Assembly: GCA_001244265.2 (NCBI GenBank)
Contig: CDLV01000006.1
Location: 1,736,001-1,800,000 of the forward strand
DNA from: Microbotryum violaceum
Lineage: Eukaryota
Direction: 5' to 3'
Length of the DNA stretch: 64,000 bases
Under the pieces are notes generated by a model. The model made no database searches, was not told the origin of the DNA, and saw nothing but the letters and a program-made list of their open reading frames with translations. Positions 48,617 through 61,970 of this stretch are shown one piece after another (the stretch's first letter is position 1; the number at the start of each line of letters is the position of its first letter). Position numbers and translations under genes: made by a program.

Positions 48617-50810
48617 CTAGAGCAATACCTCGTTCTTTGAGTTCTTGGACAAGACCTTGGACGGGAGGACGATGCACGAGCGCACATGGACCTCCCTGAG
48701 CACCGAAACGTTCTTGGCCAGGATCGCGATGGATTGCTTCTCGTCGCCAAAGGAAGCACCTTCGACGCGCGACCAGGGGCCGAGCTTGCAGTCCTCCGAG
48801 ATGATCGAGTTGATCACGTACGCGTTTTTCTGCAAGTCCCACATCAAGTCCACAGTCACAGGATACAAACATGTCTCAGCTGGGTCGGACCTTCCTGAGC
48901 TGTGGAGTATAAGAGTTGGACATACATCGAGTGTTGTATTGTCGAGGATGATCGACTCCTTGACGCGGCACCCGTACCCGATCTTGACGCCGGCACCAAT
49001 GCTGACATTGGGTCCAACCTTGGCGGTCGGGTCGACCTCGGCCGTCTCGTCGATGAAGCAAGGTTCGATAATCTCGGCCTTGATCGACTTAGACGCACGC
49101 GCCATCGCTGAGGCGTGGGCGCGGTTCTCGGCCGTGATCGTCGGGGAACGGCGTCGGAGCAACAAAGGGTTCGTCGTCTTGTACGACGCGAGGATGAGTG
49201 TGTTGGCGGGAATCGCGGAGCTGGTAAACAGACGCCACCGATGTGTCAGCGCAAATAGTCTATTTGTCTACATGTGTAAACAATTCAACACCACTCACGC
49301 AGCCGACTTGATCTGTGTCCATGCGCCGAGGGCCTGGTAGACATAGAGCTTCTTGCTCGCAGCCAAAGGCGCGATGACGTCCTGTTCGAGGCGCAACTGG
49401 TCATCCTGGGTCAAGGTCGGGTCGTCGGCGTTGCGTCGCAGCTTTGTCTCCATCGCGACGCGAATCTCGTCGAAAATGGTCTTGTCGAAGAGGTAGATAC
49501 CTAGAGATTGTTCGGATCAGGGGCTCGACGGCTCAGTTTGCTGCGGCCATTGTAACCAGCTGCAAAGAGCAGGGACGAACCTCCGTTAATGGTATCCGAA
49601 ATGAACGACTCGGGCTTCTCGACGTAGTGGCGAGCCTGCTGGGTCTCCGGGTCGATGACGATGCAGCCGAACTTGGTGGCCGTCTCACGGGGGACCTGGC
49701 AAAGAGGGAAGTCGACTGCATAAGCCTCGAGCGCGTGGATGCTCGTTATAAAGTTTTCGTTAGACTGACCTTGACACCCATGACTGTTCCAACTCCACGG
49801 TGACGATCATGGAAGTCCTTCAGTTGCGCCAGAGGCTGTGGACGGTGGTACATCCATTCGGTGAGGGTCAGGAAAAGGGGGTTGTTTCCGCGAGGAAGTC
49901 TATTGTCGAAAGGGACGCACGAAGTTGCAGGCAATGTCGGCGTGGAGCACAAAGATCTGGTCCGGGTTGTTGCGCAAGATCGAGTCTCGGAAGTGGTAGA
50001 GACCGCTGCACAACAGAGATGGGAGGAATGGTAATCAGTGCCAGAGATGGGGGAAATCTCTCTCTCTCTCTCTCTCTCTCTCGCAAGGGAGTGAACTGGA
50101 GCTTACCCTGCTGTGCCTAGACTCTGATATTCTCGCATGTAACTGTGTAGGAAGAACAAGTCAGTCCCTCGTACATGCCAAACGTATTGTCGGGGCTCAC
50201 CGGATCGAGAGGTTGGGGAAGTCGATCGAGGCGGCCTTGACGAAATGAGCGATGATCGCATCGTCGTCTACGGGTCCAACCGTAATTGCGGGAACGGGAG
50301 AGCGTCAACGAGCGACCAGTTTGAAGAATTGCTCGACGACTGTCGTGGATAGTAGGACATACAGAAGCCAATGAGGATGACCTCGTGCAGACCGTCGACT
50401 TTGGACGCGGCTTGGATCGAATGCCACAGCAACGCGCGACCCGCGATCGGGAACAACGGCTGGTCGATGGGAGGCGGTCCACAGGTCAGCATACAAGATT
50501 TGGGGCACTAAGATACAAGCGGTCGTACACACCTTGGGGATATCGAGCGACAAGGGGCGGAAGCGGGTACCTGTGTGCGGAGGTGCGACGTGGATGTCAG
50601 TCGATCAGTCAGTCAGTCAGCTGGTCAGTCAGTCAGTCAGTCAGTCAGTCCCGTCGAACGTGTGTCGACGACGTGACCGTGACTACGAAGCTGAAGCGGG
50701 TCCTCGGGCGGTTTGAAACGCAGTACGCATTCCATACGGGGCTCGCCTGAACTGAGAAACATACCTTTGGAAGGACCACCGATCAAGATCACTGCTTTGG
50801 AGGACGCCAT
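48617..50810 (-). CDS. Mannose-1-phosphate guanylyltransferase, alpha/regulatory (GMPPA-like) type
   Basis: KAVILIGGPSKG with the 2-residue insertion typical of the alpha type, SLDIPK|PLFPIAG, GLYHFRD, HYVEKPE, RLEQDV, WTQIKSA, hexapeptide-repeat C-terminus. Confidence 0.9.
50606..50650. repeat. (CAGT)n microsatellite in a GMPP-alpha intron
   Basis: Interrupted CAGT array. Confidence 0.8.
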
Positions 50811-51426
50811 GATTATTTCGTTGGAGCAGAGATGGGAGGGGGTTTGAGGCTGAGCGCTCAGCGCTGCCACGGGCTCCCACGCGACGCGCCGCTTTCGTCC
50901 GCTTTCCTGCTCTCGCTCTGACCCCTACGGAAAATCCGGCGCGACCGGTCGCGGTCGTCGTGCCCATTAGAACTGCAGTCGTGACTTCGACACAATGGTC
51001 CGAATCGAAGAATTTGCGTTTACTCTACAAAGGCGCTTCAACTCGAGATGAGCTTTGACCAAGCGACCGGAAGGCATGTGCTGGGTCGGAGCAGCTGCTT
51101 CAGCTTTATGAAAGCCTGGATTTGTGAAGTGCATGCTCTAAAAATATGAGATGTGAACACAAGTTCGAGTAAAATGATGGTGTAGGAGTCATGTGTCGAG
51201 CAATACTGCGGTCGCACCGGGTTTTCCGTGGAACAATGTCCCTCCCCAACATCGCACAAGCTCCCAGTCGTACGCGACGCACGACTCTTCCCTCAAATTG
51301 GGATGAACAACCCGATCCATCGAGAGTTTCATCCCATGATCGTGGTCTTCTGGTCTTTCTTCTCTACACGATCCCCCATAAAGTATATCAATGATTTTTC
51401 AAACACACACAGTCCACTTTCCAATC

Positions 51427-54300
51427 TCAAGCCTTTTCCGCCTTCTTGACCCTCCATGCCGAAGCCGGCAAACCTGTCAAAGCGAGCGTGAACGGCATCA
51501 GCGATCAAGTTCTCTTGCCGACAGGAAGTGAGTCTTAGAAACTCACTTTGTAATTTCCTCGATGCGGGTTGGATGAAGCTGATCAAGACAAAGGCCCCGA
51601 CGATGATGCACACCGACGAGACCCAGTAGTAACCGTCGCGCGTGGTGTGGCAGATCCCACCGAGGTCAGCACAGGCCGCTTTGCCGTGGTCCGAGACGCA
51701 TTCTTGACCTGTCATGGAATCGGAGTCAATCACTGAAATGTCGAGGTCCAAATTTCAAAGACTCACTAGCTAGGACGACATCAAGCGATGTGTCCTTGAT
51801 CTCACAGACCGCCGTGGAGAACGCATCGACTCCTGGGAAAGAATACCCACTCTATCGATTAGCATCATCAGACCTTCCCCAACCCCGTCCGTCACCCACC
51901 CTTGAGTACAAAATATCGAGGCCACGTTCCGCCCAAGTTGCTGACCGTGTTGAGCAGCTGAGGATGGTGCAACTTCTTCAATACTTTACAAAGTGAGGGA
52001 GCATCGACAGCCTACACTACTCACGGTCATATAGGTGCCGCCGATGAGAGGATCAGCAATCTGCGTGTGGAACGACGAGATGCCCACGAATTGAATGGTA
52101 CTGTAAAGAGTGGGACAGCGTGTGTGTGATCAGCCAAGGTCGCATACGTGCCGATGCGGCAAGCCCACGAACCCACCTCGAGAAGCCCGAGCCAACAGTG
52201 CAAAAGACGACAAGCCAAAAGTAGCTGGTCGAGATGGTGCCTTGCGGGAAGAACTTGATCAACAGCATCGACACGATCGCCCATCCAAGACGTGTCCACA
52301 TCGCTATCAACCACTACGAGACACAAAGGACACCCAGTATGATCGGATCAGCGCTAAGCTCTAACCCCGTCGAGTACAAACAGCTTGCTCTTACCGGTTT
52401 GAGCGGCTTATCCCCCTTGGACCACTTTGCAGCGAGGTAGCCAAACAGAATTTGGAAGGGAAAGTCGATCAAGACGGCGAGCGCGAGATCCTCCTTCTTC
52501 AAACCCTTTTCCAAAAGCTTAAGCGAGGTCGCGGCATCGTTGGTCGCGGTGCCGAGCTTGGTGACGAGGTGCACAATGACGAACGTTTGAACATCTGCAA
52601 AAAACAACCAAGTGAGCGATCAGGTTTCTCGAACACCCCTACAATCCCATTTTGGACTCACGTTTAAGCTTGCAGATCTCATACATGATGGAGTAGACCT
52701 TTTTGACGTCCATATCGGGATCGTCTTGCGACACCGGATCCTGCTCACGACATGAGGGTCCGGTCAGCTGGGGCCGATGGGACTGGTTCACGGACTGGAC
52801 GAGGAGAACGGACCTCGGACTGGAAGAAGGCCAAGTAGAGTGTGACGATGATGAAGGCCACTCCCCAAAACTTTAGGTACCCGCTGAGCGTAACGAGCGG
52901 ATAATCGAGCGGTTGCGATCGAAAGTACTTGTTGCTGTGGAAGCAGAGCAACACGGGAGTCCAGTGAGAACCAAGCACATGTAAACAAACGCTTCCTCAA
53001 TAATAGTGGAATCACCTAAATTCGAGCGAGTTGAATGCGAGGAAGACGGTAAAGGACAAGAAATAGCCCGTGTTGAGCCCGATCGTCTGCGCCGTCGAGG
53101 CGTACGAGAGGTTGTCCTTGGAGAGAAGGGTAAGCGCCCAGCCTGTACACATGAAATTACATCAGTTCACATGAAAGGTCATGTCTTTCTCCGCGTACAC
53201 CTCCTTCCTCACCATCGACAGCAATATCTGAGAATGTTCGAGCGAAATCAGCGATTCTGGCGAGATAAGCAAGCTTCCGAACCGCAGGCTACTGACCTTG
53301 AGTAGCGGCAAAGAAAACCAAGGTAAAGAAGAGAATGGTCAACGTTTGCACGTTCGGCTCGTCCTATGGCATCGATCAAACAGAACGGGAGACGAGACGA
53401 TTTTTTTAACGGTCAGCTCAGCAACGCTTTAGAGCAAGGACTGCACAGTGAGGTGACCAACTGACCACCTCCATGAGCTGTTGCACGTTCCCACCCATCC
53501 AAAAGAGCATGCATCCGACGACGAGCTGGATGGGCACGATCCACGACTTGCGACGACCGAGCTTGGGGGAGAAGAACGAGTCCACGATCGGGGACCACAG
53601 CAATTTGAGCGAGTACGGGTACGTGCACAGCGTGAAGAGACCGATTTGCGAGTACGACAGTTTGGCCCGGAGCAAGAAGGGGATCGAACCGAATGCTAGG
53701 CCGACGGGGATGCCTTGCAGTAGATCTGTGAGCCGTACATCATACGGTGGGGGGTGCCCGGAATCGACCACGTCAGCCAGTCTGCGAGCTCGTGACGGGA
53801 TGAGACACGTTGCGACGCGTTCGCGTTCTCGCTGTCCGCGAGGCGGCAAATGTGACACACACGAGCTGTAGCCGCAACACTGCGAGACGGGCCCCAAACT
53901 CACACAACGCAATCAACAAGGTCAAGGCCTTCCTGTCCCTCATGCTGAGTGTCCCTTCGGGCTTGGGCTCGCGGTCGTCGCCCCTCGCGTACGCCGCGGC
54001 GGCGTCGGCGTCGTCGTCGTGCTTCCTCGTCCACGCCTGCTCGTCGATCTGAAACCTCAGCTGATCACCACGTTCGAGCAATTCGACCTCGTCCTCGACA
54101 TTCTTGCCTCCTCTCGTCGCAGGTCGATTCAGCATCCTGTCGGGCGAATGCGCTCGGTCCAACGCGGACGACGAACTCGTACTGGTCGCCGCCGTGGCCG
54201 AGGCGCGTGACGGGTCCGGGCGCTGGTGGTGGTGCGGAGCGGTCGGCGTCGAATGAGCAGCGGCGGACGCAGGAGCAGTCGGTTTGGAAGGTCGGCTCAT
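51427..54300 (-). CDS. Acetyl-CoA transporter (ACATN/SLC33A1 family, MFS)
   Basis: LLQGIPVGLAFGSIPFLL, YPYSLKLLWSPIVDS..GRRKSWIVPIQ, ATQ|DIAVDG|WALTLL, YASTAQTIGLNTGYF, DPLIGGTYMT, CHTTRDGYY. Confidence 0.93.
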
Positions 54301-55432
54301 TATCCTGGCCACACAACGTCCAGTCGATCCGGCTGAAGCGAAAAGAGTCCGAAGGAGAGACGTAGGCGGTGCGAACTGGACCAACGAAAGCGGACTTCAA
54401 AGGGGACGCTGGTCCAAAACCGCGGGAGGAGGGCCGCACCGTGCACGGACCCAAGAACCCGGACGGTCGACGGTCACCTCTCGGCAGTCAAAATCAGGCG
54501 AGAATTAGCGCGCAGAAACACACAGGGCGGCTAGATGGGTACATGGCTCGAACAGAAAAAACACTCAGCTTTCTCGACAAAGACCAAGTAGCTCATGTCT
54601 GCGACCTGTGACACGTGCAGAATCTTCGGGCCATGGCCAAGTCGGACTCCGAGAATGGAGCAGACACCTACATGTCCATGTCGCTCGGAACTGAAGATGC
54701 CCCCCTTCAGTTTGACTGTTTACGTAGCCTACGCATGGGAGCCCACTTTTTTTTACTGTTCGTGGCCCAAAGTAGGAGTCTCCCGATCGGAGCCTTCATT
54801 TTCGTACGAGCTACCCTTTTACGGATGCTTCCCACAGAGACGACTCCATCTTGGAGGTCCTTTGCCTCTAGTCAAAGATAGATGAAAGAAAACTAGAAAA
54901 TGTTCTTGTCCATGGGCGCCTTGGTGCGGCCACACCGCGAAGGTCAAGTAGCGAAGGGTGGACTCTCGGCGGTGAGGCTTTTCCGGCCAGCACTCGTTCT
55001 TCAAATGGTGGCCATCCAAGCAGTCAGCAGGGCCAGGGGTTGTTAAATCGATCATAATTCCTCATATCACAAAACCTCTCTCGACGCGATGAAGCTGATT
55101 TTGTCTCCGACTGATCTCACAACTCAAAAGTCGCGCCTCGGCGCTCGATCGGCGTGTGAGGGCATGTGGTGCCCCGCCAACCCTCGGCCAGGCTCAGTCG
55201 ACTCCTTCTCTCCCCTTCCTCCCCTCCTCAACTCCCTACCCCAGCCCTTCTCACTACGCCTCCCTCACCACGCTTCGTACTAACCGCGTGCATCGTGGCG
55301 TCCTTCTCGTACCTCTTCACCTCCATCCCTCAAAGCAGTCGATCGTCAGTGGTCGGCAAGCTCCTCAAATTTCCTGGCACACTCAGCCGACCGGCCCCGT
55401 CACCGTACTTTCCACTTCGTGCGTCTTCAACG

Positions 55433-56260
55433 ATGGCCTCACAAACCCCGGAGAACGTCTGGGATTATCCTCGGTCAGTACATGCCTTCTCGACATGCAC
55501 TACTTCCTCCTTGGAAGGCGGCGCACACGTGGCTTCTCCACACCTAATCTCGGGTCTCGTTATTGACCTAACAACGAGCCTCTGACGATCGAGCAGACCG
55601 CCAGCGTTGGAAAAGACCCCTCTCCGACTTCGGATCGTTTGGACCGATGAGGGCCAAGAGTCTGTACTGGCAGATACGACGTCGGGGTTTAGGGTCTTGG
55701 AAACGAGGTCAGTGCCGAATACGAGTTAGTGCCCCGAGACGGCGAAAGGACGTAAAATCTGATCGTGGTGCGAATGGTGTGCTAGTCACCCCCCGACCTA
55801 CTACATCCCTCCCAAGGATGTCAACACCGAATGGCTCACCAAATCTCCGCGATCCTCATTCTGCGAAGTAAGCCTTTATTCACCTTCCTGCGCAGAGGGT
55901 CTCGTCTTTTACAATCACCACCCTGAGCTACACCTCCTTATCCTCCCTCCCGACCCCAAGTGGAAAGGCCAGGCGACCTACTACAACCTCCAGCCCCCCA
56001 CCTCTTCCCAACCCCTCGTCAAAGACCGCATCTGGACCTACCCCAACCCTACCCCCCGCTTTGTGAACATCAAAGACTACCTCAGTTTCTACGCCGCTTC
56101 TTCTTCCTCCAACTCGCGTTCCGAAAAAGGGAAAGGACAATGGAAGTGTTTCGTAGGGGAGGAGGAGGTTGCTCCTCAGGAGGGAGATTTTTATGGTGGG
56201 TGGAAGACGAGTTGGGTTCAGGGCAAGATGAAGGGTGGGCCGGGGACTTGGGGTTGGTGA
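55433..56260 (+). CDS. DUF427-domain protein
   Basis: ENVWDYP|RPP, RVLET|SHPPTYYIP, SFCE|WKGQATYY, WTYPNP, QEGDFYGGW, KGGPGTWGW. Confidence 0.9.
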
Positions 56261-56423
56261 AAGGGAATCTTACTAGTGGTATTGAGCGGTTTCGACAGCG
56301 TGATCCGTTCTTCAATCATGCCGAGTTGAGGTGGTAGCGACGCCGAGCTCGTGATGAAGCGAATCATATATACTTCCAATCTAATACTGCTTTCCAAGTC
56401 AATCAACTCCCACCCAAGCCAGA

Positions 56424-59400
56424 TCAGCCGCTCCCCCCTTCACCTCCAATTCCACCAGAGGAAGGCAAGATCCTTTCACTCGATTTCTGTAAGACAAAGC
56501 AATCGCTGTGAAGATCAATGCTGTGCTCCAAAAAACGTAGCGGGATGATCATACCAGTCCTGCGTCTTACCCAGGCCCATAATAATTGCGTTTTGAGTTG
56601 TAGGACGTCGCTTCTCCAGAGTTGGCATTCTTTGGTTAGTTCGCGGAACTCGTCCGTCACTTTTAAGGGATGAGTGAGAAGAAGCGATTCAGCGCCATCA
56701 CTTTCCACCTGTTCAAATGTGAGGAAATTAACTTGCCATGCCAGCACGACGCGACATTCTCGAGTGAGACAAAGTCGGAAGCGACCTTGATACAATCCGC
56801 ATAATTGCACACCTGGTGCGCGCATCTACAAGCATCATCACGACCCAAACGCAATCAGCCAACTCGAGTCAAGACATGTATGTGAACTATTTGTATTTGA
56901 CTGACCCAGCAGGTATGAATACCGCTTCGCCCGGCCGTTGCCAAATACGAAAAGGTTTGACGCCTTTCGATTCCAAGAGTTGCGTCCGGAGGTCTTGGTC
57001 AAGGAAGACGAGTTGGGAGTGGATAGGGCTGTTGCGATAGGGTTGAGAAATCAAGTCAGTCTTTGGGGTCTGAGAAGGTGAAAGAAAAGGAAAACTCAAC
57101 TCGTTCATCATCAACCTCATTTGAGCGACGGGCCGGCCGTACTTTTCCGCGAAGTGTTCATAGAGGAAATCGCGGATCTGTCACCAAACCACGAAGCTGT
57201 CATAATCTGCACCCACCCGACCCAACCAAAACTTTCCCGGACCCGCAACGAACGCACCTTATCAGCATCCTCGACCCTAAACATGTCCCACGCCGCCGCA
57301 CCCGCCGCACCATCCTTCCAAGGTCCAGCCCAAAGCATGACGTTGACGGCATCCGCAACGTCCATATGCAGCTTGGTCGAGCCTTGACCACCGGGTCGAT
57401 CGTCCGATTCTTCGGAGAAGTAGCCTTTGGGACCTAGGTCGGGGGGGTTGGAATTTAAGGGTGCGTGCGCGGCGAGGTTGAGGACCCCGTCACGGCGGGT
57501 CATGGACGCCATGGGGAGGAGGGACATGAACTGTTAAAGGGGGTACAGACGGATCAGTCAGTTGAGGGATGCGAAGTGTAAGTTCAGAGAGGGAACCCAC
57601 ATCCGTGTATTCCCTGGGGAACGCCGACTTGAAATCCGTCGTCGGTGGCCAATCCTCGATGCAGCCAATACACAAAGCGTGAGTTCCTAGGTGACAGACA
57701 ACCAAAGCCGTCTCAAAGCGCCTCACCTTGATCTTCCGACTAACGCCCAACGGGTTCCGCTGTCCGAACCTTTCGAAGAAGTTGGCGACCGTGGTCGTCG
57801 ACGTCGTCGAATCCCCCTCGACATTACACGACGCTTCGCCGTAGGTATCGATGAAATGCTCGGGCGACCAGCCTAGGTGAAAGGTATCGTTGCCGATGTC
57901 GACGACGATGGGTTCGCGCAAGACCCAGAGATCGGCGAAGGAAAAGCGTTTCGGGTCCTCGGTCTTGACTGGGATCGGAGCGGCGGAGAACCACGATGGC
58001 GTGGGAGGAGGCGGGTCGCTGCTCTTCTCGTTGACTGCAGTGGCTTGGTGCGGGACGTAGGGGTCGACGAGCTCCTCGCTCCTCAGATACATATGAGGCC
58101 AGCTATCGGTCAGCTTTTGGTCCCCACTCGGGCGACGCAATGCGTCGAGGATATCCTTGGATGGAGGCCGGTTAACCTCGAGCGCGTTCGACTCCTTCCA
58201 TTTCTGCATGGCGACCACGAGCTGCTCGAGCTCCTGCGCATCCCTGCGCGTGTACGGGGTAAAATCTTTGCTCGAATGCGACTTTGTGCGCGGAGCGCAT
58301 CGATGAAGTCGATCTTGCTGCATCGGATGAGGCTCGGAGAAGGCGCTCGCGTGGCCCGTTCCGTCCTTGTCCCCTTCCACGACCGAAAGCAGGTGCCGCG
58401 CGTGTCGGAGATCGGCATTACTTAACCGTATTATGGGCTGGTCCTTCAGCTTGAGCAGTTGGTCATAGCACGACATGCACAGATCCCTGCCGCAGCACAT
58501 GCACTTGTACGCGCCGCAAAAAATGACGTGCAGGCACGTGTCGCACGTCTGGCGCATGAACAGTTCGTGGCGGATCCGCACGCAGTCCGACTTTTGTGCG
58601 TGTTCGAGCTCTTCTTTCAGCGTCGGGAGCAGATGATGAGACGCGACGGTCTTGATCCGGATCGCGTCCTCGCCGACGAAAGACCGATCAAATTCGGTTG
58701 GGAAGTGGGGCACCTCGTCGTCGAGTCGAGAGGGGCGCAAGGTTCCGCGATCAAAGTCGAGCTGATCGGATCCAGCCTCGATGCGAGGGAAGGAGCGGAT
58801 GCCTGCAAAGGAGCACCTCGAGTAGCGAGTGATGCAGTCGTGGCACTGCTGCGCCTCTTGACGGCGGATCGTGATGCAACTGCCTGTCTGCAAGACCCAT
58901 TCGTCCGAGCGATCGCCTGCGCAGTTGGGAGATGAGGCTCTGGAAGTTAGCGACGGCCGTAGCTCTGACGGGCAAATAAGAGGTCCATCCCGACTTACTT
59001 TCAGTTACCCACCTGCACCTGGGTAGCCCCCTCTTCGGTCTGGGCTGTTGCGGCGAAGCGATCGAAGCAGAACCGACGACAGCTTCGGTGGGCAGATACT
59101 CGGGCGACCCAGGGACCGAAGCGTTCGATACGTCCTTTAATCCAGTCGACTCGTTCGTAGGAGGCGATTCGGTGCAAGTCTCGACGATGACGGAGCTGGT
59201 GTCGGAATCCCTGTCCGACACGGTATCGGATCCTGAGTCGGATCGACTTTGACGAGACGGGGGTGACCAGGCTTCCTCGTCACGTTTGGCTTTGGTGCGC
59301 GGTCGTTTGAGGCTCACGAGTCGAGTTGCCATCGTACTGGGCCTTTTGCTCGACTCGGCACTTGCTTGTGGTACCACGTCTTGTGTGAACTGTGGCTGGT

Positions 59401-59701
59401 CCCTTTGGCTATCGTGCACGGTCTCCCATTCGGGCGTGGCGGATATGGAAGTGGGGTCCATCTCGTGGTCGATCTCGCCCTCGGCGTCATCGCTGCTGCT
59501 GCTGTAATCGACGAGGGAGCAGAACTTCGCAGAGAGATGCCTCGATGGATCAGCTTGATGCGAGTTGATGAAAGGTGAGGCTGTGCCCGGATGTCGTGCG
59601 CCTGCGCCTATGCCCATGAGCGCACGAGCTGTGGCAGCAACGAGCGGGCTCAAGCTGGAGGTCACGTGCGACTCGGGCGAAAAGGGCTTGAGGTGCGCCA
59701 T
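56424..59701 (-). CDS. JmjC-domain protein, KDM3/JHDM2-like histone demethylase
   Basis: Cys-rich CDTC..CMCCGRDLCMSC, KIK|DWPP, PDLGPKGY, STKLHMDVADAVN, AAWDMF, PIHSQ, QRPGEAVFIPAG|CAHQVCN, IKVASDFVS. Confidence 0.92.
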
Positions 59702-60151
59702 GCGATCGACGGGGAAGGAAGAGGAGGAGTGAGGGGCCAGAGGGTGGTAGTTGGCTGGCTACTCTGTCGTCGTTGGAAGTACTTTTGCGACTGAAAGAAG
59801 GGGCCCCTCCTATGTAGCGGGTTTGGCCCCGTTGAGTTGGAGCGGCAGGGGGGCGTGAGCGTGGGCCACTCACGTGAGGCAGGGGCGTCGTTGGTGGGTC
59901 AAGGTGTAATCCCACACAGGATCACAGTCGCAAAAGTAATCTCGGGATTCGAGTTGCCGTTGCGGCGACCTCTGGAGGGAATGGGGGGCACAGAGGCAAG
60001 CGAGGCGAGGGGCAACTCGCCTGGGCGGCACGCGCTCACGGTGTAGCGCTAGGCAGCGCTAGTGCAGGGCTCTAGGCCGCGCTGGTGATGCGAGTCACAG
60101 GTACAACTCGGAGGTGAGTTCATGTAGACTCAACGGGTATTGGTTTTCGCA

Positions 60152-61970
60152 TTAAAGAGCGACAATTACTGTACTACTCTGCTCGGTGTGCCCAGATGTA
60201 ACACGAAAATAAGTCCATACAGTGACAACATCGTCCCCGCTACGTGAAAAGATCACTGGCAGTGACTCCAGACTCGGACTCGGAGACGTCCGGGATATCT
60301 GCTCGGAGGCGCACCAACTTGTGCATCCCCAGTCAATCAGAAAGATTTGACCATCTGCACGTCGGACGACGTTGGGGGACCGTGAGTCACCATGCGCAAA
60401 CCCTTCTCCCTCAATCAGTCGAAAAGCGGCCCTGGCAGACAGAGAGGAATAAGGATACGAGTTTGCTTCGAGCCAGCTCTCACGACCCAACACCAAGAGA
60501 CCTTTCCGAGAGTGGACGCACTTGGCCTGGTCTCGGAGCTCTTCATCAGCGTCCCACACCTCTTCTCTAATGGCTGCTCCCGCGTTCTCGAATATGAACA
60601 CGTAAGCGTACTCGTCCGGCGATCCAGTGCGGTAGAGGCCATGGAACTGGGGAATGAAGGAGCGCGCAGCAGGCGACAGCAAGGGAATGATCCGCTTGTG
60701 CACAAAGTACTCGCGAGCTATCGAGGCCGCGTACTTTGCAGAGATCACCTTGGCAACGATAGGGACCTCTCTCTCTCCAGTAAGCAGGGGAGAATAGATG
60801 GAGCGATCAGAAGCCGCCTCGGCTCCGGCTCGGTTCCAGCGCGCAGTCCAAACTTTGGCAGTGCAACCATTCCCCGCTTTAGTAACCAGGTCGAGCCGAT
60901 CGAGGCCACCGATCCCCACCCAGTCTTTGTGGACTTTGTATGCCCGGTCGTGTCTCGCTCGGAACGTCGACTTGTCGAACTACGAGTCCTCTTTTTTCAC
61001 TCAATCTAGAAGCTCTGTCGCCGTCGTCGATTCTCGTCGGATCTTTTGGAACCGATCACCGAAACGGAGTTCGAGGGGCTTCGAGCGTCTATTCAGGAGT
61101 CCAAGGGTCGCCTAGTGTCTCTGTAAGACACCAAAGGGGGTTTTAGTGGGTATGGTTGATCATGGTTCAGGGTCAATGAGTCCTACACTACTGGCTTCTG
61201 CCAGTGTGCGTAACAGCATTCCCTCCGACTTTTCCGAAGATTTCAGGTATTAATATACTTATGCTGTTAATGAAGTCTATCAAATAAATAAATAAATAAA
61301 ACTGTCGGTGTTAGAGTCGATCCACAGTGCAGTTTCTTGGGATGATCTCTGTCAAAGGCCGCTGGGAAAGAACTGTAGGAAGTAAGGGCGGGCTCCTGGT
61401 CAACATAGCTGCATCGAACCCGTCGGGACAGCGAGACGCCAAAGATCCCGTCGAATCAACTTGCCTCGGTAGTACAGTCGAGATCGACGCCGATCGCGAC
61501 CAGGTCGGAACGTTGATTGCTCTCGACACCAGTAACGATCTTAGATGAGCATATGCAGTGACGTCCTCGAGTACTGTTGGTTGGTGCTATGGGTCCTGGG
61601 CCCCCACTGCCGCGTAGTAGGTGGGTATGGGTTTGTCTGAGTTTCCAGCTCAGCTCGACGAGCGCGGCTCCGTCTCACACGGCTTAACCGGCTCGACTAA
61701 GGTGACATTGTAGGGGCGGGGAATCCTGCGGCTCAGCCTCGTCCTCGTCGTCACTGATTTGACCCGATCACGGAGGTGCTGTAACGTCTCTCTACTAGGC
61801 TTTGCTGTGGGGTGAAACTTCGCGCTTGTTCGGCAAAACTTGAAGTCTCTTCAAGTTTCAATCGCGCCGGGGATATACATGACCCGCCGATTGGGATTGA
61901 CTCCGAATCGACACCCAAATCATCTGATGAAAAAGGCGACAGATTACGAATGGTGATCGAGCCCCAAGTT
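60152..61970 (-). pseudogene. Protein-kinase-like pseudogene split by a LINE fragment
   Basis: GNGCTAKVW, IVAK, HGDSRSPNV and LIDWG in 60152-60913. The upstream part (61302-61970) has stops and frameshifts. Confidence 0.65.
60909..61301 (+). mobile_element. 3' fragment of the same LINE as 22758-25028
   Basis: Near-identical to ~24641-25029 with only a handful of substitutions. Ends in a (TAAA)n tail one unit longer. Confidence 0.95.

Noticed and set aside
24641-61301. RIP-like TCG-to-TTG hypermutation between repeat copies
   Set aside because: Only one of the few LINE differences is in that context, too few to support the claim.
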